Positions 59,650 through 64,000 of a stretch of 64,000 nt of DNA are shown here, piece after piece. The position numbers were made by a program, and so were the translations under genes. The stretch's first letter is position 1. Every line of letters begins with the position of its first letter. The notes beneath the pieces were generated by a model, which was not told the DNA's origin, searched no databases, and saw only the letters and a program-made list of their open reading frames with translations. The stretch is from Kiritimatiellia bacterium. GTDB lineage: Bacteria; Verrucomicrobiota; Kiritimatiellia; RZYC01. The stretch covers positions 660 through 64,659 of the forward strand of contig JAQVYB010000004.1 of assembly GCA_028708815.1 (NCBI GenBank), read 5' to 3'.

Positions 59650-62600
59650 ATGATGCAGGGCGACAACCAACTCAACCGGGATCCGGCGGATCGGGAACGA
59701 AAGAGAATTTCGAACCCACCCATCCTTAGCCCACCCCGAATTCGCATCGTCCGCTTCGGCCTGCTTTGCACCGCTTTGCTACTGGCCGGCATGCTGCTCT
59801 CAATCTGGTCGGTGCGCGAGTCGCTCGATGAAATGCACAAGGACATGCGCAATCAGATCGGACTGGTGATGGAAACCGCCAATCGAAACCTGTTTCAGAA
59901 GGCCCTGAAGCAGAACATGGACCCTCAATCCAAGATCGGACAACGCATCCTTGCCACCGGGAAAATGCTGCGCATGGCAAATCCGGACTGGCTTTCCCTC
60001 TTTGTCGTTGGACGCCTGCACGATGGCACCCCGTATTCCGTGGCAGACGAGAGTGGCCTCGCCACCAACCAACCCGTGCCAACCGCCTGGATGGAAGCCT
60101 TTGACCGCAACGAATCGCGCCTCTCCCTCCGTGCCGCCGACGCGCTGCTCGGCAGGCCCGCCACCATGCTGATCCCCCTCGGCGATGCAAACCGTCACAC
60201 GCCGCTCGCCCTGATCGGCGTAACATTTGACACACACGAATGGCATCCACGCCTGCTGCGCAACATGCTCATCCCCCCCGCCGCCATGCTGGCGCTTATC
60301 CTGATTCTTGCACTCGGGCGCACCCTTCTACCCCGTTGCGAAGATCCCGCACGCCGTAAATACAAACGCCTGATTGTTCTGGTCAATACGTCCGCCTGCG
60401 GTCTCATCCTCACCCTTCTGCTCGCCTTTTTCATCTACGAACAGGAACGCCAAACCCAACGCGACATCTTCACTCACCTGGCCAATTCAAAGACCTTCTC
60501 CGTGTTGCAAACCATACGCAATCTCCGCGACTTCGAGATGAAAAGCCTGGTCTCCTTTTTTGAAAACAGCGAGCACATCGCCCGCGACGAATTCACCGCT
60601 TACGCTGAATTCCTCGGCATTGAAAAAGCCGTATGGGCCTGGGCCTGGGCGCCCGCCGTAAACCAAACCGAAAAAGAGCGCTTCGAACAGGACGTGCGCA
60701 AGGCCGACGACAGGCCCGACTTCCACATCTGGGAACGCGACGAAACCGGCCAACCCATCCCCGTCCGACCCCGCGAAATCTATTATCCCGTGCGCTATCT
60801 TATCCCCGCCGCAACCAATCAGATACCGTATGGCTTCGACCTCGGTTCCGACCCCCGGCGCAGGGAAGCCCTGGAAACCGCCCTGCAAAGCAGGCTCATC
60901 GCCGCCACCGCACCCATCCCCCTCCTCATCGGCGCCAACAACGAAACGGGCATCCTGCTGGTCCAGTCCGTCTTTCATCCAAACCAACCCAACGAGGCCA
61001 GAGGCGTTGTTACGGCGGCACTCCGGCCCGAAGCCCTGCTTATGGCACACATTCACGAAGCCACCGCACCCATCTACTCCTCCTCCATGGGAATGGCCCT
61101 TCACCAACTCCGCAACAATCAACCCCCACTCCTCCTCGCGGCATACCCGGACAACGCGCAATGGAAAACGCGTTATTCCCGCCACCCCGTCATCTCCCGC
61201 CCGATCTCCGCATTCAACAAATTATACACCGTCACCGCATACCCCACGGAAGACTATCTGCGCGCCAACCCCATCCTCTCCACCTGGTTCGTCCTCCTTG
61301 CAGGATTCGTCATGACCCTCTCCATCACCCTCGCCACCTATGCCATCGACCTCCGACGCGAAGAACTCGAATTCCTCGTGACCGAACAAACGGAAAGCCT
61401 GCGAAACAGCGAAGAAAAATTCCGACTCATCGCCGAAAACTCCAGCGATGTCATCTGGCAGATGGACCGCGACTACCGCCTCACTTACGTCAGCCCCGCC
61501 GACTTTAAACTGCGCGGCTTCTCCCCTGAAGAAACCATCGGACACTCCGCCTGGGAATTCCTCTCCCCCGAAAGCAACTCCCGGATACAGGCCACACGGG
61601 AAAAAAGCCTCGAGCACCTGCTCCTGGAAACCCCCGAAACCGTCCTGACCTTCGAACTCGAACAACTCCGAAAAGACGGCTCATCCATCTGGACCGAAGT
61701 CAGCATCACCCCCCTCTGCGACCACCACGGCACACGCATCGGATTCCAAGGCATCTCCCACGACATCTCCCGACGGAAACGGCAGGAACACTACCGCGAA
61801 TTGACCGTCACCGTTCTTCAGCTCCTCCACGCCACCCCCGACCTCCAGCAGGCCCTCCAGCATATCCTCGCCGAAATCAAACGCCACACCGCCTGTGATG
61901 CCGTCGGCATGCGCCTGCAACAGGGCGAAGACTTCCCCTACGCCACCCAGGACGGCTTCTCCCCCGAATTCCTCCGCACCGAAAACTCACTCATCACCCG
62001 CGGCCAACATAACGACATCTGCCGCAATCCCGACGGGACCCCGAACCTCGCCTGCACCTGCGGCCTCGTCCTCTCCGGAAAAACAGACCCCGCCAACCCC
62101 CTCTTCACCCCCGGCGGAAGCGCCTGGACCAACAACGCCTACCCCTTCCTCGAACTCCCCGAATCCGACGACCCGCGCAGCAAGCCCCGCAACAAATGCA
62201 TTCACAGCGGGTATGCATCCGTCGCCCTCATCCCCATCCGCAAACAGCAGCAAATCATCGGGCTCATTCAACTCAACAGCCGAAAAACCGGGCACTTCAG
62301 CCTGGATCTGATCCAGGCCCTCGAAAACATGGCCAATCACATCGGCGAAACCCTCGCCCAGCGCCAGGCCGAACAGGAAATCAAGGAAACCAACCGCCAA
62401 CTGGAAGCCGCCATAGAACGCGCCAACACCATGACCCTCCGCGCCGAAGCCGCCAACCAGACCAAATCCGAATTCCTCGCCAACATGAGCCACGAAATCC
62501 GGACCCCCATGAATGCCATTATTGGATTTGCCGATCTCCTCGCCACCTCCCTGCAAGACAAACGCGAACGAGAGCACGCCGCCATCATCCTGCAATCCGC

Positions 62601-63975
62601 ACGAGCCCTCCTCCACCTCATCAACGACATCCTCGACCTCTCCAAAATCGAAGCCGGAAAAATCAACCTCCAGCCCACAACCTTCTCCCTCTCCGAATTG
62701 CTCCGCGAAATGGCTTCTGTCTTCGCAAAAAAAATCGACGACAAACACCTATCCCTTCACCTCGAAATCACCCCGGACATACCCGACAGGCTCATCCTCG
62801 ACGCCACCCGCCTGCGGCAAATTCTCCTCAACCTGCTCGGCAATGCCGTTAAGTTCACCGAGACAGGCGATATTACCCTCGCCGCCTGCGCAACCCAACG
62901 GTCCGAACCTCATCGCTGCGACGTCACCCTCTCCGTGGCCGACACAGGAATCGGCATCCCCGATACGTTTAAAACGCTCCTCTTTGATCCCTTCGAGCAA
63001 CCACCCGGACAGGACCATGCCAAATACGGAGGGACCGGGCTCGGATTGGCCATCTCCCAACGCCTCGCCAAAATACTCGGTGGGCAGATCACGGTTGAAG
63101 ACAACCCCGCCGGTCAGGGCGCCCTCTTCACCCTTCACCTCCCCTCCGTACCTATTGCCCCTGAAGCCGACACCCCGAACGAGAACGAGAAAAAGGCCAA
63201 ACACATGGTCTTCAACCAACCCGCCACCCTCCTGATCGCCGCTGAAACAGAAACCGATCAACACCTACTGACCAGTTATCTCGAACCCTTTGGCTTCACC
63301 CTCTCTGCAACCACCAACGCCGCCCAACTCATCGAGCTGATCAGGCAACACCGACCCGCCCTGGTTCTGGCCGACATTCAAATCACTCAGACGCTCTCCC
63401 CAACCCAACTGAATCGTGCCTGCAAAGGCACGCCACCCAAAACACAACGCATTCCCCTCATCGCCATCACCGCAGCCGCCACGAATGGAGAACTCGAGGC
63501 TCTTCCCGCCATTTTCGATGCCATCCTGGTCAAGCCCATACTGCGGGAGGACCTCCTGCACGCCCTCGCCGCCTTTCTCCCCCACACCCTTCAGGAGTCA
63601 TGCCTCCTCCCCAAAGAGAACTCCTCCCCCGCGCCGAACACCCTCTCCGACGCCATCACCGAGCGCTCCGCTCTCCTGGAAAAACTCGCCGAACACTTCC
63701 CCGAACGCCTCGCCACGATACGCCGAACCCTCCGCATCAACCAGGTCAAGCCCCTCGCCACCGAACTCCGAGCCATCGCCGCCGAACACGGCGCGCACCG
63801 CATGCGTCTCTTGTGCGACGACCTCCTGCTCGCCGCCGAATCCTTCCGTATCGACCGCATGAAAAGCATTCTCCTCGACCTGGAAAACGATGTCGCCCGC
63901 CTGCAATGCGGTAAGGACCAAAAGCCATCTAACCAAACCGAAAAAAGTATCCTGCCGGAAAAGGATCCGTCATGA
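59650..63975 (+). CDS. Giant CHASE-domain hybrid sensor histidine kinase (TM-CHASE-TM-PAS-PAS-GAF-HisKA-HATPase_c-REC-HPt-like)
   Basis: CHASE-like periplasmic region ([22 protein letters not shown]...FHIWERDE...[10 protein letters not shown]...[15 protein letters not shown]), PAS segments, GAF-like segment, H-box [17 protein letters not shown], HATPase_c, receiver and C-terminal helical HPt-like region; ATG 59650 after an AGGGG RBS (GTG 59641 alternative). Confidence 0.85.
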   Translation: MMQGDNQLNRDPADRERKRISNPPILSPPRIRIVRFGLLCTALLLAGMLLSIWSVRESLDEMHKDMRNQIGLVMETANRNLFQKALKQNMDPQSKIGQRILATGKMLRMANPDWLSLFVVGRLHDGTPYSVADESGLATNQPVPTAWMEAFDRNESRLSLRAADALLGRPATMLIPLGDANRHTPLALIGVTFDTHEWHPRLLRNMLIPPAAMLALILILALGRTLLPRCEDPARRKYKRLIVLVNTSACGLILTLLLAFFIYEQERQTQRDIFTHLANSKTFSVLQTIRNLRDFEMKSLVSFFENSEHIARDEFTAYAEFLGIEKAVWAWAWAPAVNQTEKERFEQDVRKADDRPDFHIWERDETGQPIPVRPREIYYPVRYLIPAATNQIPYGFDLGSDPRRREALETALQSRLIAATAPIPLLIGANNETGILLVQSVFHPNQPNEARGVVTAALRPEALLMAHIHEATAPIYSSSMGMALHQLRNNQPPLLLAAYPDNAQWKTRYSRHPVISRPISAFNKLYTVTAYPTEDYLRANPILSTWFVLLAGFVMTLSITLATYAIDLRREELEFLVTEQTESLRNSEEKFRLIAENSSDVIWQMDRDYRLTYVSPADFKLRGFSPEETIGHSAWEFLSPESNSRIQATREKSLEHLLLETPETVLTFELEQLRKDGSSIWTEVSITPLCDHHGTRIGFQGISHDISRRKRQEHYRELTVTVLQLLHATPDLQQALQHILAEIKRHTACDAVGMRLQQGEDFPYATQDGFSPEFLRTENSLITRGQHNDICRNPDGTPNLACTCGLVLSGKTDPANPLFTPGGSAWTNNAYPFLELPESDDPRSKPRNKCIHSGYASVALIPIRKQQQIIGLIQLNSRKTGHFSLDLIQALENMANHIGETLAQRQAEQEIKETNRQLEAAIERANTMTLRAEAANQTKSEFLANMSHEIRTPMNAIIGFADLLATSLQDKREREHAAIILQSARALLHLINDILDLSKIEAGKINLQPTTFSLSELLREMASVFAKKIDDKHLSLHLEITPDIPDRLILDATRLRQILLNLLGNAVKFTETGDITLAACATQRSEPHRCDVTLSVADTGIGIPDTFKTLLFDPFEQPPGQDHAKYGGTGLGLAISQRLAKILGGQITVEDNPAGQGALFTLHLPSVPIAPEADTPNENEKKAKHMVFNQPATLLIAAETETDQHLLTSYLEPFGFTLSATTNAAQLIELIRQHRPALVLADIQITQTLSPTQLNRACKGTPPKTQRIPLIAITAAATNGELEALPAIFDAILVKPILREDLLHALAAFLPHTLQESCLLPKENSSPAPNTLSDAITERSALLEKLAEHFPERLATIRRTLRINQVKPLATELRAIAAEHGAHRMRLLCDDLLLAAESFRIDRMKSILLDLENDVARLQCGKDQKPSNQTEKSILPEKDPS

Positions 63976-64000
63976 ACCCACCTGAAAACCGACCCCTGCC
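63972..64000 (+). CDS. Start of an ORF translationally coupled to the sensor kinase (ATGA overlap); product unknown, truncated by window end
   Basis: ATG at 63972 overlaps the kinase stop codon; only 9 codons visible. Confidence 0.25.

Noticed and set aside
1-64000. tRNA/rRNA genes, prophage or transposon remnants.
   Set aside because: No cloverleaf-like conserved tRNA features, integrase/transposase-like translations or terminal inverted repeats bounding a cassette were recognised in the intergenic regions. Absence is stated with moderate confidence only, since no search tool was available.

Overview
GC-rich (roughly 60-68% GC) chromosomal window from a Gram-negative bacterium, judged only from the sequence; many secreted FG-GAP/BNR/VWA proteins and multidomain sensor kinases suggest a PVC-type or similar environmental lineage, at low confidence. 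About 45 genes are supported. Housekeeping genes include an RpoD-like sigma-70 C-terminal fragment, a C69 dipeptidase, ETF-ubiquinone oxidoreductase, an SDR, a DEAD-box helicase, L-serine dehydratase, an NhaP-type antiporter, AsnB, a B12-binding radical SAM protein, LarB and an M20 hydrolase. There is a marked concentration of secreted or surface proteins: a C25 gingipain-like peptidase fused to FN3 and tryptophan-rich DFDGDG repeats, an 1816-aa protein with two beta-lactamase-like domains plus an S33 peptidase domain, two tandemly duplicated FG-GAP propeller proteins, and BNR-like and VWA proteins. There is an equally unusual concentration of signalling proteins: three hybrid histidine-kinase systems, a FecR/CHASE2 operon, and two partner-switching modules (a STAS/GHKL-kinase/PP2C set and a SiaABC-like set). 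Findings flagged for a second look are: (1) a MotA/ExbB-like channel paired with an ExbD/MotB-like protein that carries a long coiled coil and an unknown C-terminal domain; (2) a SiaB/SiaC/SiaA-like module whose output appears to be a sensor-less hybrid histidine kinase rather than a diguanylate cyclase; (3) a 15-bp inverted repeat TTCCAATCATTGGAA in tandem arrays with exact 31-bp phasing at three separate intergenic loci; (4) a 3.5-kb tandem duplication carrying its own sigma-70-type promoter, an FG-GAP gene and a fragment of the sdaA 3' end, with a gene-conversion-like identity pattern. No tRNA/rRNA, CRISPR or transposase/integrase genes were recognised. The long antisense ORFs are treated as high-GC artefacts.
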